The notes under the pieces are model-generated. The model ran no database searches and was not told the origin of the DNA. It worked only from the letters and a program-made list of their open reading frames with translations. 64,000 nt of DNA. It comes from an uncultured bacterium. Its GTDB lineage: Bacteria > Verrucomicrobiota > Verrucomicrobiia > Limisphaerales > UBA8199. Both the position numbers and the translations under genes were made by a program. Each line of letters opens with the position of its first letter. Position 1 is the stretch's first letter. Shown here piece by piece: positions 33,585 through 45,150 of the stretch. The stretch is taken from the NCBI GenBank assembly GCA_963749495.1, contig CAVVMW010000010.1:608001-672000 (forward strand), in the 5' to 3' direction.

Positions 33585-34935
33585 GTGGTACAGCAGCAAA
33601 CACTCAATCGTCCCGTGAGTTATTCCGGCGTTGGTCTGCACAGCGGAAACCGGGTGACGATGACTTTTGTGCCGGCGCCGCCCGTCAGCGGAATTCGTTT
33701 CCGGCGGGTCAACCTCGAAGGCAAGCCGGAAATCGAGGCGCGGGTCGAGAACGTCGTCGGGAACAACCGCTCGACGACCCTGGCCAAGGGGAACACGCGC
33801 ATCCACACTGTGGAGCACGTGTTGGCGACGTTTTCGGGCTACGGCATCGATAATGCCGTGGTCGAGTTGGATGCGAACGAGCCGCCGGTGGCGGACGGCA
33901 GCGCGCGCGAGTATTGCCGGATGGTGCAGGAGGCGGGGGTGGTGCCCCAGGAGGAGCGCCGCCAGCCATACGTGGTCGAGGTTCCCCTCCAACTCCAGAT
34001 GGGGGACACGACGATGGGGCTGTTCCCGGACGAGGCTTTCCGCATCACCTGCACGAGCGCCGACAAGCAGGGACGGTTCACGCAACATTACAGCGTCGAG
34101 GTCAACCCCCAGAACTGGGAACGCGAACTGGCGCATGCCCGGACCTTCTGTTTTTTCGAGGAGATCGAGTTCCTGATTCGCAACGGGCTGATCAAAGGGG
34201 GCAGCCTTGAAAACGCCGTGGTCATCCGCGACGACGCGGTGCTCACGAGCGAACCGTTGCGCTATCCCGAGGAATTCGTGCGGCACAAGATCCTGGACAT
34301 CGTAGGCGACTTGTCCCTCCTGGGCCGGCCCATTCGCGGGCACCTGATTGCGGTCAAACCGGGCCATGCGGCGAATTGCGAACTGGTGAGGCGCATTGCC
34401 GCCCAAATGCGGCGCTCGTTCATGGGAGCGCCGCCGCCCCCTGCCCTGAGCGGCGCGCCGGCCGCTGCGTCTGAGAACAGCGAGAGCGGAGAGCCGACCG
34501 GCGCGATGGACGTGAGCGGAGTGATGCGGCTGGTGCCCCATCGCTATCCGTTCCTGATGGTTCAACCGGGTCCTGACCATCGAAGGCAACCGGATTACGG
34601 CCCTCAAAAACGTCACCATCAACGAACCCTATTTCCAGGGCCATTTCCCCGGTCACCCTATCATGCCGGGGGTCCTGCAGCTCGAGGCCATCGCCCAGGT
34701 GGCCGGCATTATCATGTCCAAACGCATCGAGAACGCCGGCAAACTGGCCTACTTCATGTCCGCCGAACAGGTGAAGTGGCGCAAGCCAGTGGTACCGGGC
34801 GATGTGCTGATGATCGAGGTCGAGTTATACAAGATTCGCGGGAAGATTGGGCGCGCCAAAGGGGTGTGCAAGGTGCGCGGCGAAACCGTGAGCGAGGCCG
34901 AGGTTACGTTCATCGTGGCTGACGCGACGGGTTAG
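33585..34935 (+). CDS. lpxC-fabZ: Bifunctional LpxC-FabZ, frameshift near 34562
   Basis: GVGLHSG, TVEHVLA, ARTFCF, RHKILDIVGDL; then PHRYPFLMV and GHFPGHPIMPGVLQLEAIAQ. Confidence 0.9.
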
Positions 34936-34998
34936 AGGCGACCCATGCACCCTGAGATCCGGCATTAGCCCTCCTGCGGGCACTAGACCACGCGCTCC

Positions 34999-35514
34999 GT
35001 GATTCATCCCACGGCCATTGTCCATCCCAAGGCACGGATCGGCGACAACTGCGAGATCGGCCCCTACTGCGTCCTCGGCGAGCAGGTTGAACTCGGCGAC
35101 GGCTGCAAGCTCCACTCGCACGTGGTGATTGACGGCTATACCCGCCTGGGGAGCAACAACGAGGTCTTTCCCTTCGCCAGCCTCGGGCTCAAGACGCAGG
35201 ACCTGAAATGGAACGGCGGCTTGACCCGGACGGAAATCGGAGACCACAACACTTTTCGGGAGTATGTCACGGTCAACAGCGCCACCGGCGACGGCGAAAT
35301 AACGCGCATCGGCTCGCACAACCATATCCTGGCCTACGCCCATATCGCCCATAACGTCACGCTCCAGGACCACATCATCATGTCTAATGTCGCCACGCTC
35401 GGCGGACACGTGGTGGTGGAAGATTATGCGGTGGTCGGCGGTCTGGCCGCAGTCCACCAGTTTTGCCGCATCGGCGCGATGTTGATTATCGGCGGACATC
35501 CACTACCCGGTTGA
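34999..35514 (+). pseudogene. lpxA: UDP-GlcNAc O-acyltransferase, 3'-truncated
   Basis: MIHPTAIVHP, hexapeptide repeats, QDLKW, HIAHN, VHQFCRIG; stops at 171 aa. Confidence 0.85.
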
Positions 35515-36027
35515 CTGGGTCCTGCTGCGCGATGCCGCCCCATGCGCATTCCGATGAATTCGGACACCCATTCCAAAAATATTCGGACAGTGTTTCGGAC
35601 AGTTGTCGGAGCGTAGCGACGCTCTGGAATGACTCTTAAGGGGGTGTCCGAATTGAGTCAAGTTTTCCCTTCGCTCCAGGACGCTTTTTCGGAGCCGAAG
35701 GCGACGTTTCGGAGGGCCCTGTCGCGCCGTCCGATTCGCGGGGGGCCGGCGAGCGGCGGGGCGGGGCTCCGAGCCATAGCTCGCGGCCCCGCCGGTCGCT
35801 ACGCGTAACGGACTCGCCAGGCCCTGTATGGTGCGGAAATTCATGCAGCAGGACATCGTCGGTCCTTGCTGTCGAACACGTCGGCGAAAGCCGCAGGCCC
35901 GGGAATGAGATTCATCTGGCGAATGCCCAGGCGGCACACCTTTTGTCAGCTGCCGCCAGAGGCTGGCCACCGAGCGGGCTGTGCATGCGGCAGCGGTCGT
36001 CCGCCCAAGTCCTTCGGCTGCAAGCCG

Positions 36028-37290
36028 TCAGGCTGCCTGCTTGAGCGCGTAATGGTTCAGCGCGTAATGGTTCAGGAGGCCGCCCAGAGCCTCATGGCAG
36101 TGCATCTGGGCTGGCCGCGCCGGCACGGCGGGGTAAGCAAAGCCCAGCGGAATGACATTGCCGATCCCTTGGTGTGGACGTTCGGGCGTTGTGACATTCC
36201 TGGATGGTGGCCAGAGAGCGGCGCAGGTGAGGCTCACCCAACAGAATCAGGTTATCGAGCGTCTCGCGGATTTCCCGCACGTGCCGTTGCGCATGAGCAT
36301 TGGCGTCGGGCGCGGACTGCACCCGATGCGGATCAAGCAAAAGAGTCTTTCACCGCCGGGGCTGCCCGCCAGCACAACGGTCGGTTGGGCAAAGTGGACC
36401 TGTGCCAGGTGGCCACCTGCCTGAGCTTTGTGCATCCGGCCAGCGGGGTATGGACCCTGGTGGACGATGAGTCTGTTTTTGCCGGAGCACTGGTTCAGCC
36501 CCGAGTATGCGGAGTTGCGCCAAGAAGTGGGCGTGCCTGCGCAACGGACTTTCCAGACCAAGCCGCAGTTGGCGCTGGCCATGATCCAGCGAGCGGTGCA
36601 ACAAGGCCTGCCCTTCGAGCGAGTGGCGGCCGACGACCTGTATGGGCGAAACCGCGCTTTTCGCGCCGGATTGGGCCACTTGCCCGCGTGGAACCCAGCG
36701 GGGGTCCAACTCAGTCCTCTGGGCGCCACCCAGTGGACCATCGAGTTCATGGGCAAGGAGGGCACAGAAATCTTCTACAAGTACGCCCTCGGTGACTGGT
36801 CATTGGTGGAGAAGGCCGGCGACTGCGGCGAGACCCTCAACCGGACATTGACATTGACCTTTAGCCCCTCCGGCCCACAGGTCGTCAACGACACCGTCGC
36901 CAACTGGCGCAACGTGCCTCCCTGCGGCAACTGATCGATGGAGGCTGCTGCGCTCGGATTCCGCGGGGAGCCATGTCGGTGTCTGGTCCATGACCGGGAC
37001 GCCAGTTTCGCCGCCCTGGACGGAGTATTGAAAACCGAAGCCCTGCGCATCCTCAAGACGCCCCCCGTATGGTGCAGAAATTCATCCGCACGCATCTCTC
37101 ACCATGGCCAGCTTTCGAATTCGCACGATCCGCCCCTGACAGTATGCTGGACTCCGTGAACCAGCAGCCCATGAATTCATCCAATCCGCTGATCACCGAG
37201 GTTCAGAGGCTTTTCAGTCGCGACTTGGCCTCGGAGAACGACTACCTGCGGCAGGAGAACCAAATTCTGCGCAGCAGGTTGGGTCCTCGC
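36028..37290. mobile_element. Mosaic of short fragments: integrase-core (rve) transposase pieces, an IS701-like piece (about 36340-36680, +) and a CBM20-like C-terminus (about 36690-36934, +)
   Basis: RETLDNLILLGEPHLRR..HCHEALGGLLNHY (-); LFLPEHW..FQTKPQLALAMI..VAADDLYG (+); LVHDRDASF (+). Confidence 0.55.
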
Positions 37291-37459
37291 CAGACCGCAC
37301 AGAACGAAAACCAAGGGTGGCGCCCACGGTGGGGTGGCCGCCTGCTCGCCCCCAGCCGACTCCGGCAGAACCAGGAATTCACTTTTTGTCAGCCCTTTTC
37401 CGGGCTTCGGCGATCACAGCCTCGAGCTGGATCCCCAAGACCGAAGTGATTCGAAGAAG

Positions 37460-37775
37460 GGTGTCTAATTTCAACCTGGGCTTTCTCGGCCTGCCGCGGG
37501 ACCCATTCGGTTCGGTCATGATTTCGAACGTGGGCGGGATGGGGATCAACGTCGCCTGGGCGCCGTTGGTGCCCTACTCGCGGGTCCCGCTCCTCATGAC
37601 CCTGGGTGCGATAACCGACAAGGCCGTCGTCGAAAACGGCGAGGTCAAAGTGCGCCCCATCCTGCCCATCGGCGTCATGTTCGATCATCGTCTCATTGAC
37701 GGCGTCCACGCCGCTCAAATGAGTGCCGAGTTCAAGAAGTGCTTCGCCGAGCCCGCGGAGTATTTTGGAAAGTAG
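37460..37775 (+). pseudogene. C-terminal fragment of 2-oxo-acid dehydrogenase E2-like acyltransferase
   Basis: FGSVMISNVG, FDHRLIDG. Confidence 0.75.
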
Positions 37776-38275
37776 AGCAGGCGTCGGCCCGCCTCCTTCA
37801 TGGACGTGTGGCCGTCCTCTAGTCCGGTTCGTTGTGCTGGAGATGGCGTTGGAGGCTGATTTGAGGCGAGGGACGATTTGATCTTGGAGTAGAAAACCAG
37901 CTTGAGGGGACATAGGTTTTGGGGGATAAGGGGGGTTTGTACATGAAAAGCCCTCAGCACCTTCAAAAAGGGTGGGGGCGGGGGATGGGCTCTTGGAGTT
38001 AATCCGTTACCCTGAAATCATACCAGCAGCAGGAGGATCGAGGCAGGAGGGGAGGGAGAAGCGCAGGTTTTGACACTTGCACCTATGCCAGGGCTCCAAA
38101 GATCTGCTTGACACCGGTATCCTCCCGTGCGAATGTCGTATAGAAGCATAGATTCGATAAGCACGTCACCGCAGCGGTTTGCTGGTTACACGGTGATGTT
38201 GTTGGGTGGCGAGTTGGTTATCAGAATAGCCCTGGACATTGCGCGATCTAGTCAAGGTGCGCATTTGGTGAAGTT

Positions 38276-41200
38276 ATGACTAAAATAATGGGTTCTTTGG
38301 TTCGGCGTTTGCTGCTTATTTCGGTTCAATTGGTTGTGGTAGTCGCAGGGTTCTTACCTGGATGGGTGGCAAATGATGTTCTGTCAGCAGAATCTACTAA
38401 TGTCACGAAGAATCTTAATAAAATAAAAAAGGCCCTGAATCAGATCGACCGCAATGTCGAAGAGTGGGGCCGGGCTTCGATTTCGGGCTTCGTCCTCATT
38501 GATAACCTTGCTGTAAACGGTGGCCAAGGCTTCTTTAATCTGAATTACAATCAACCTGCGGAGTTTTACATGGATCAGGTGCGGCAAAATGTCCAGGGTG
38601 CGGCCGCCACCTTGGTCCAGAAGACCGTGACGGGCCAATTACAGGTGCAAATGACCCAAAACCAGATTTCACTCGCGCCGACGCCGCCAAAATCCACCAA
38701 TTCGCCGCCGCCTGCAACGAATTCGCCGGCAACTTCGACCACTTCCGCAGCAACTTCGACCAATGCGGTGGCGCCTGCTCTCCCCAACGTTCCGGCACCA
38801 TCGGCGACGAATGGGGGACCAAGCGGTTACCTGAGTCTTCTATCGCAAGCCGACTCGTCGCCGCAACTCTCGCAGAACGACGTGCTCAAGGTGGGGGCGA
38901 CCGACAAAGAAACCGAGCGGGTCCTCAATTTTATGTCGGATCCGCTCAACCTGCCGAACAACCAAAGAGCGTACCTGGCTGTGATGCAGGTGGGCATCTC
39001 GCCCGGCTGGAGGACCAAGAAAGGGTACGTGGGCGAGGTGCAGCTCAACTTCCGATACGGTGCCCCCACCGTTGAAAAGAGAAAACAAAAGCTCATGGAA
39101 CTGGCCAATAAACGGGGGAAACCACCGACCACCCGGGACGGGACGCCGATCACTCCTCAAATGTTGGAGGATGAGGACATGGAGCCGTACGATCCTCTGA
39201 TAAAGGCTCTTGGTTTCCAGGACAGGTATCCTGGCGTCCTTTCTATTTTTCCGTTCGCCGACGCCCAAGCACTTGATTTTCGGAGCAGCCTGCAAAAGCA
39301 ACTGAACCTTCTGGTGCAAGTCTCCTCCTCCTTGCAGACCGTGTCGCCCAAACTGCAGGCGCAACTGCTGGCCAGTTACCAGAACCTGACGCGCCAGGAC
39401 AGCGCCTCGCGGAACCTATTGCCACTGGTCGTTCCCAGTTCGCGTGGCAGCGATGTGACCTACCGGTTCGACCCGGAATTCCAGGCTTTGGAACAGCCAG
39501 GCAACCCGGCCAGCGGTCCGGGCCACGTCCTCGAACCGTCGAGCTTTCCCGCCTTGATCGTGCTCGTCTGCGATGAGGGTGAGGTCATGGATTATAAGGA
39601 GGTCGTCTCCACCACCGAAACGCGCTGGTTGCCCGCCGAGCGCCGAAGTTGGTGGAAGCACTGGTTCTATGATCCGTTGGCGTACCCATGGTCCAGGCCC
39701 GGGAGCCCGCTACAGGATGAAGAGCGATTCAGAACGGCGTCGAATCTCGATCTAATCGAAAACGAACTGAAGGCAATCCACGGCGCGTACACTGGCCCTT
39801 CGGCTGTCTACTCTGAGGCCTGGCGCCGCTTGTCGAACCTGAAGACCTTTGCTGTGGGGCGGATTGACCATAACACGCTCCCGGCGGTGACGCCAGTGGT
39901 GACAGCCGTTTATCCTGCGAGTTTCCGCCGGGATTTTATGCCCCCGAAGATCACTGTCTTTTGCCGGTATGTCGTCGACGCGGATGACTGCAGGACCGAC
40001 CGCCGTTTTCGCCTGAAAAAAGTAACCTTGGGCGGAGTCGTAATGGAGGGTTGTCAGCTCGGGGGCGAGCATCTGATCGAAGTGCCCCTGCCGGGCGACA
40101 GAAGGGACCGGTTCCAACCGGGCAGCTACAATCTAGAAGTGGTCAATGCGGAGGGATCAACGATTCTCAGCAACGCGGTGACGGTTTCCCCGGTTCCCGC
40201 CCCGGTTATCACCGGGGTTTTTCCGACAAACCTGCAGGAAACGGCAACCACTCCACCTGGCCTGCCGTCGCCAGCCGATAAACTCCTTATTGAGCCAGAG
40301 ACGCTGACCATCACTGGGGGCAATTTGTTCGTGGGCGATCAGAGTTTGAGGGTTGTCATTGGCGGGGCGGCCCTTACTGAGGCAACATGCAAGACCACGA
40401 ATTTGCCGACCTCCGTTTCCATAGATAGGCACGACACTTTCCTCCGACTCGATTTAACTGCCAACTGCTTATCAAAACTCAAGACAGGTAAATACAACGT
40501 CGTTGTCGTGACCTCTGGCGGTGAGAGCGTGTTGACCAACGCCTTGGTGATCGCCCCCAAGAAGATCGTCCCAGGCCCGCATGCATTGACGGTTGTTTCG
40601 GTGCATCCGGCGGAGGGCAATCTTTACTCGACGACCACGATCTCAATTGTTGGTTCCAATTTCGACGGAATGATTGGCGGCACTTACTTCCAGGCTAATC
40701 AGGCCGGAGGCAACACTGGCGCAGTCGTGGGCCGGGTGACCGTTGGAGGCGTCAATTGCAGCTTTGAGTACCTGGTCACCCAAGAACCTGGTTGCATATG
40801 TCCCACCACGATCGGCGACCTATTCCACCAATGAGATCACAATGGCCACCAAAAAATTGGAGGTCGTCGTTAGCGGTCCGCACGGCGTTGGAGTCTTGTC
40901 CAATGCCTTCGCCTTTAGCGTGCTGCTGCCGAGAGACGGCGACCTGACCCTGGAAAAACATACGCCTGCGGAAGAGGAATCACAGAGGTTTCTGGATGCG
41001 GCCACGCTCGGTTCACGGGCACCCGGCACCAATGCCGCGCCGACTCCAGGACAGATTTTGACCTCAGCCTCGATCCTGTTTAATGTGAACGGCACCAACG
41101 CAGCCGCCGACTCCGTAACGAGGACGACCACCAGGGTGGGACCGAAAGAAGGCCCTCGTGATGAATACGAACTGCTAAGAGGCCTGTTGGATTCGTTCAG

Positions 41201-41288
41201 GATGCTCATCGAAACGCCCGGGCCTCATGGCTTCCTTCCCGGCTCTGTTCCGAGCGGGCCGACCAATAGTCCTGCACCGCCGCACTGA
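38276..41288 (+). CDS. Large secreted protein with C-terminal IPT/TIG-like repeats, frameshift near 40770
   Basis: Signal peptide, P/T/S linker, repeats PVVTAVYP / PVITGVFP..LTITGGNL / VVSVHPAEG..ISIVGSNF; continues in ORF 40743..41288. Confidence 0.65.
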
Positions 41289-41359
41289 GCCGGCCGAGTC
41301 CTTTCAAGGTCCGTCTTTGACCGCATTCGAGGTAATCGACACCCCTGGCCAAAATCGAC

Positions 41360-42001
41360 CTGCGCCTCTTGTCCCGGCTCACTCTCCATCCGCCGGAACG
41401 GCAGGGGATTGGCCGCGTGCAATTGGCGCACAAAGCGCTTCACCGAATCGTAGCTGCCGGCGAACCGCTGCTCGCTCACCAAGTCCTGGTAAATCCGCTG
41501 AGCGGACAAGCGGGCGTCCAAACCTGCTTTGATGAAGCTCTCAAACGGTTCGCAGTGACTGACTCGGCCCGGCTTGGACCCGGCGGGCGAAACGGCTGGG
41601 TTTGGCGGCTGCGTTGGAGGGGTGCTCAGTGCCCTCGTAACCTCCAAGCCGGGAGGCACAATGGCTGGGTTTGCCGGCTGCGCTGGAGAGTTGCTCGGCG
41701 CCTTCGTCGCTTGCGGACCGGCCGGCGCGATGGCTGGTTTTAGTCCTTCGACCGGCCCGGACCCGGCGGGCGAAATGGCCGGGTTTGCCCGCCGGGCTGA
41801 AAGGTTGCTCGGCGCCGTCGGAACCTCCGACCCGGTGGGCGAAATGGCTGGGTTTGGCTCCCCCGCTTGGCGGGCCAATCGCCGGTATCGAGCGACAGTC
41901 TCGCGGTCGATCCCCAGTTCCCGAGCTATCCTGCGCTGTGACCAGCAACTGCGGGTCAACGTGCTAATCGTCTGCTGTATATCCATTTTGAGTTGGTTCA
42001 T
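41360..42001 (-). mobile_element. istA: IS21-family transposase IstA, N-terminal part only
   Basis: SQRRIARELGIDRETVARY, SAQRIYQDL..GSYDSVKRFVR, ESEPGQEAQVDFGQG. Confidence 0.85.
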
Positions 42002-42124
42002 CGCCGCGCAGGGTCATGAAACTGACCCGCCTGCCGGATTCCAGCTTGGCGGAAGCCATCTCCCAGTGGGAGAACAGCTAGTGAAAATCTTGCCGAAGCC
42101 GTCTCGGCTGCTAATATCCAGTGC

Positions 42125-42240
42125 ATGTCCACGGAATCCGAGTATGACGTTTCCCTCAGTCACAACTTGAAGGACAGGGCGGTTGTGCGACCGCTTGCGG
42201 AGGAGTTGCAGCAGAACGGACTGAAAGTGTCGTTCGATGG
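42125..42240 (+). pseudogene. TIR-domain N-terminal fragment
   Basis: YDVSLSHNLKDRAVVRPLAEELQQNGLKVSFD. Confidence 0.6.
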
Positions 42241-42829
42241 ATCGGGTGAACTCGTGGTCGCCTCGGATCTCATTGAGGCCATCGGCCAAGGCGTTGCTCC
42301 CCTCAAATGGGTTACGGCCTGTTTCGCCTATGCCGATGACTATGACCGCCAGGCCAAACGCTACCGCGCTCTCCGTTGCGCCCAGCAAGTCGTCGTTACG
42401 GAGGACAGGCAAACTGCCCTCCGCGTGAAGCCGGAAGCCGCCCAAAGTCAGGTCGACGCGGAGAAACCCGCGCCTCCCGCAGGCCAGTCCTCCCAGCCTC
42501 CGGCTCTACCGGCACAACCAGGCGAGGCCGGCAAGGGCGAAGGCCCCGGCCCGGTCATTGAACAAAAACCACCCGGGCCCCTCAAGCCCGAGCGCTTCTT
42601 CGGGTACCGGCGAACTGAACCCCCAGCGAGTCGGTAAGATCGCCGGGAACTCATCCAGCACCTCACCCTCCTCCCCCTCGCCAAGCTCACCATCACCCTC
42701 GAAGTCCAGGCCCAAATCCCGACTGGCGCTCCCGATTTCGTCGTTCGCACCGTCAGCGAAAACGCCCGCACCATCAAATTGTCCACCCACTCGTTCAAGC
42801 TCAAAGAGCAACGAGCTCCCCAAGTATGA
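42240..42829 (+). pseudogene. C-terminal part of a DUF499-type AAA+ ATPase
   Basis: AIGQGV..FAYADDYD..RYRAL, Pro-rich linker, RFFG..LNPQR..ELIQHL..ITLEVQAQIPTGAPDFVVRTVSENARTIKL; TGA at 42827-42829. Confidence 0.65.
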
Positions 42830-43931
42830 GCACTGAAGCCATATCCGAATCCGCCTTCATACGGGAATTCACCCGCGAACTGCACAACAGAAACGCCGCC
42901 GTTTTCGCCGGTGCCGGCCTCTCCATGGCCTCAGGCTACGTGGACTGGAAGGGGCTCCTCAAGGACGTCATCACCGACCTCGGCTTAGATCCCGACGAGG
43001 AAGACGACCTCGTAACGCTCGCTCAGTACCACTGCAACCAAGCAGGAGGCAACAAAGCCCGCCTCACCCAAGTCATCTTCGACTATTTCGCCCAAACACG
43101 CGCACCGACCCGCAATCATGCCATCCTCGCGCGTCTCCCCATCTACACGTACTGGACCACGAATTACGACAAGCTGATCGAACAGGCCCTTCTGGCAGCG
43201 AAGAAAATCCCTGATGTCAAGTATACCCTGAAGCAACTGGCCGTGACCCGCCTCGACCGCAACGTCGTAGTTTACAAGATGCACGGTGACGTTGACCACT
43301 CGGCGGAGGCAATCATCTCAAAGACGACTACGAAGCATATCCTGTCAAGATGAACGCGTTTGCTTCGGCCCTACGAGGCGATCTTATCGAGAAGACCTTT
43401 CTCTTCCTGGGCTTCAGTTTCACCGACCCAAATATCGACTACATCCTGAGCCGGGTCCGCGTCCAGTACGAGCAACACGCTCGGCAGCACTTCTCCATCC
43501 AGAAGAGGGTATCCCCGCGGGAGGACGAGACCGAAGCCGAATTCAAGCACCGCCAGTTAAAGCAACACTACTTCATCAGAGATCTGAAGCGCTTTGGCGT
43601 TCAAACCGCTCTGGTTGACGACTATCCCGGCATCGGCATCTTTGTCTTCGGTAACAAACGCGACGCTAAAGGGGACATAGTCCCTTCGAGCGGCATGAGG
43701 CAGGAGTTCGACCTCTGCCTCCAGGTCGGAGTTCGACCGCTTCCCGTCGGGGCCACCGGATTCATGGCCGAGCAACTCTGGAAAGAGGTATCCGGCGACT
43801 TCGCTCGCTTCTACCCCGTCGCGAACGCGGGCTTTCACCAAGCCTTTGACAAAATCGGCACTGCCTCGGCGCACCCCGACGAGATACTCTCAGCCCTCCA
43901 GGAAATGATCCAACAACTCCAGAAACCTTAA
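42826..43931 (+). CDS. thsA: Thoeris ThsA (SIR2 + SLOG), frameshift near 43320 and apparent internal deletion in SLOG near 43628
   Basis: AVFAGAGLS..VDWKGLL, YWTTNYD, YKMHGD, FLFLGFSFTDPN, IFVFGNK..GMRQEF..PVGATG. Confidence 0.85.
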
Positions 43932-43938
43932 GTCAGCC

Positions 43939-44522
43939 ATGTCCAAAAGAGTTTACTTCGCCTTTCACTACAAAGGCGTCATCGAGTTCCGTGCGAACGT
44001 CGTGCGCAACCACAACCTTACGGAGGGCGTTGAGAAGGCGGGATATTTCGAAGCCTCCATCTGGGAGGAAGCCAGAAACACCAACCCCCTCGCCCTCAAG
44101 CGCCTCATAAACGCAGAACTTGAAAACACCTCAGTAACCGTCGTGCTTATAGGTTCCGACACCTGGGCACGACCATGGGTCCGGTACGAGATCCTTAGGA
44201 GCATGAAACGCGGGAACAAACTCCTTGGCATCCATATCAACGGAATTAAGGACAAGAACCAGCAAACTAAGGATCTTGGACCAAATCCGTCCGACTTTCT
44301 TTGCTATCGATTCAACGACGCCGGCACCCGCTTGACGATGCTCGAGGTACAATGATTCGGCCTGGGTGGAGTACCGAGGAAATTGACAACTCAGCCACCT
44401 ACGAGGTCAGCACAATTACCGCCCAGGATCGCGGGAAGGCGTTCACACTCTCGCAACAATACCCCGTCTATCGATGGAATCGCGACAAAGGGTATGAGAA
44501 TTTCAGCACTTGGATTGAATAA
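43939..44522 (+). CDS. thsB: Thoeris ThsB TIR-domain protein (DUF1863/MTH538-like), frameshift near 44352
   Basis: KRVYFAFHY..RANVVRN, ASIWEE, TSVTVVLIGSDTWARPWVRYEI, YRWNRDKGYENFSTWIE. Confidence 0.85.
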
Positions 44523-44701
44523 TGTCGTCACTCCTCGAATCCCAAGTCCGCGCTCGCGCACAGCGGGCAACAACCTACAACACGACCCGCTCAAACCACC
44601 ACGGACATCAAGGGCAAAACGGGATGATGAGCTGGTGTAGTCTGTACAACTCCGCAGCTTCAAGGAGCTGATGGAGGGTAAAGGCAGTGAATAGTCGGCC
44701 T

Positions 44702-45150
44702 TTAACCTGACATAGACTCTAGTGAGACCTCTCCAATACTCCTCCACAGCGGCTCCAGGTCCGGGTCATCGAGGGCCATGAGCTTCAATTTCCTGGGATC
44801 GCCAATCTCAAACGCCTTTTCCAACCAGTGCTTTGCTTGTTCGATCCGGCCCAACTGGCACTCATAGCAGGCCAGGTTGTAGCGCATGATCGGGTCCTCT
44901 GGGAATTTGTCCACCACCCGCAGCAGATTGTCACGGGCTTCGGCCGAGCGGTTCAGTTCATGCAGGCAAAAGGACCGGTGAACCCAGCCCAATGGATGTT
45001 CGGGGGCCAGTTGAATCAGCGCCGAGGCAATGTCCAGCGCGGCATCCCACTTCCTGGCCTTAGCGTAAATCTGCCACCGAACCTCCAAAACGGCCGGGTG
45101 AGCACGATTCTCTGCCGTGATTTGCTCCAGTTCCTCGTTGGCTTCGAGAT
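44702..45150 (-). pseudogene. TPR-repeat protein, 5' end missing
   Basis: HRSFCLHEL, YNLACYECQLG..AKHWLEKA, ALDDPDLEPLW. Confidence 0.65.

Noticed and set aside
42125..42637. TIR-DUF499 fusion protein
   Set aside because: Only about 38 aa of TIR joined to an unrelated C-terminus; fits the window's chimeric pattern
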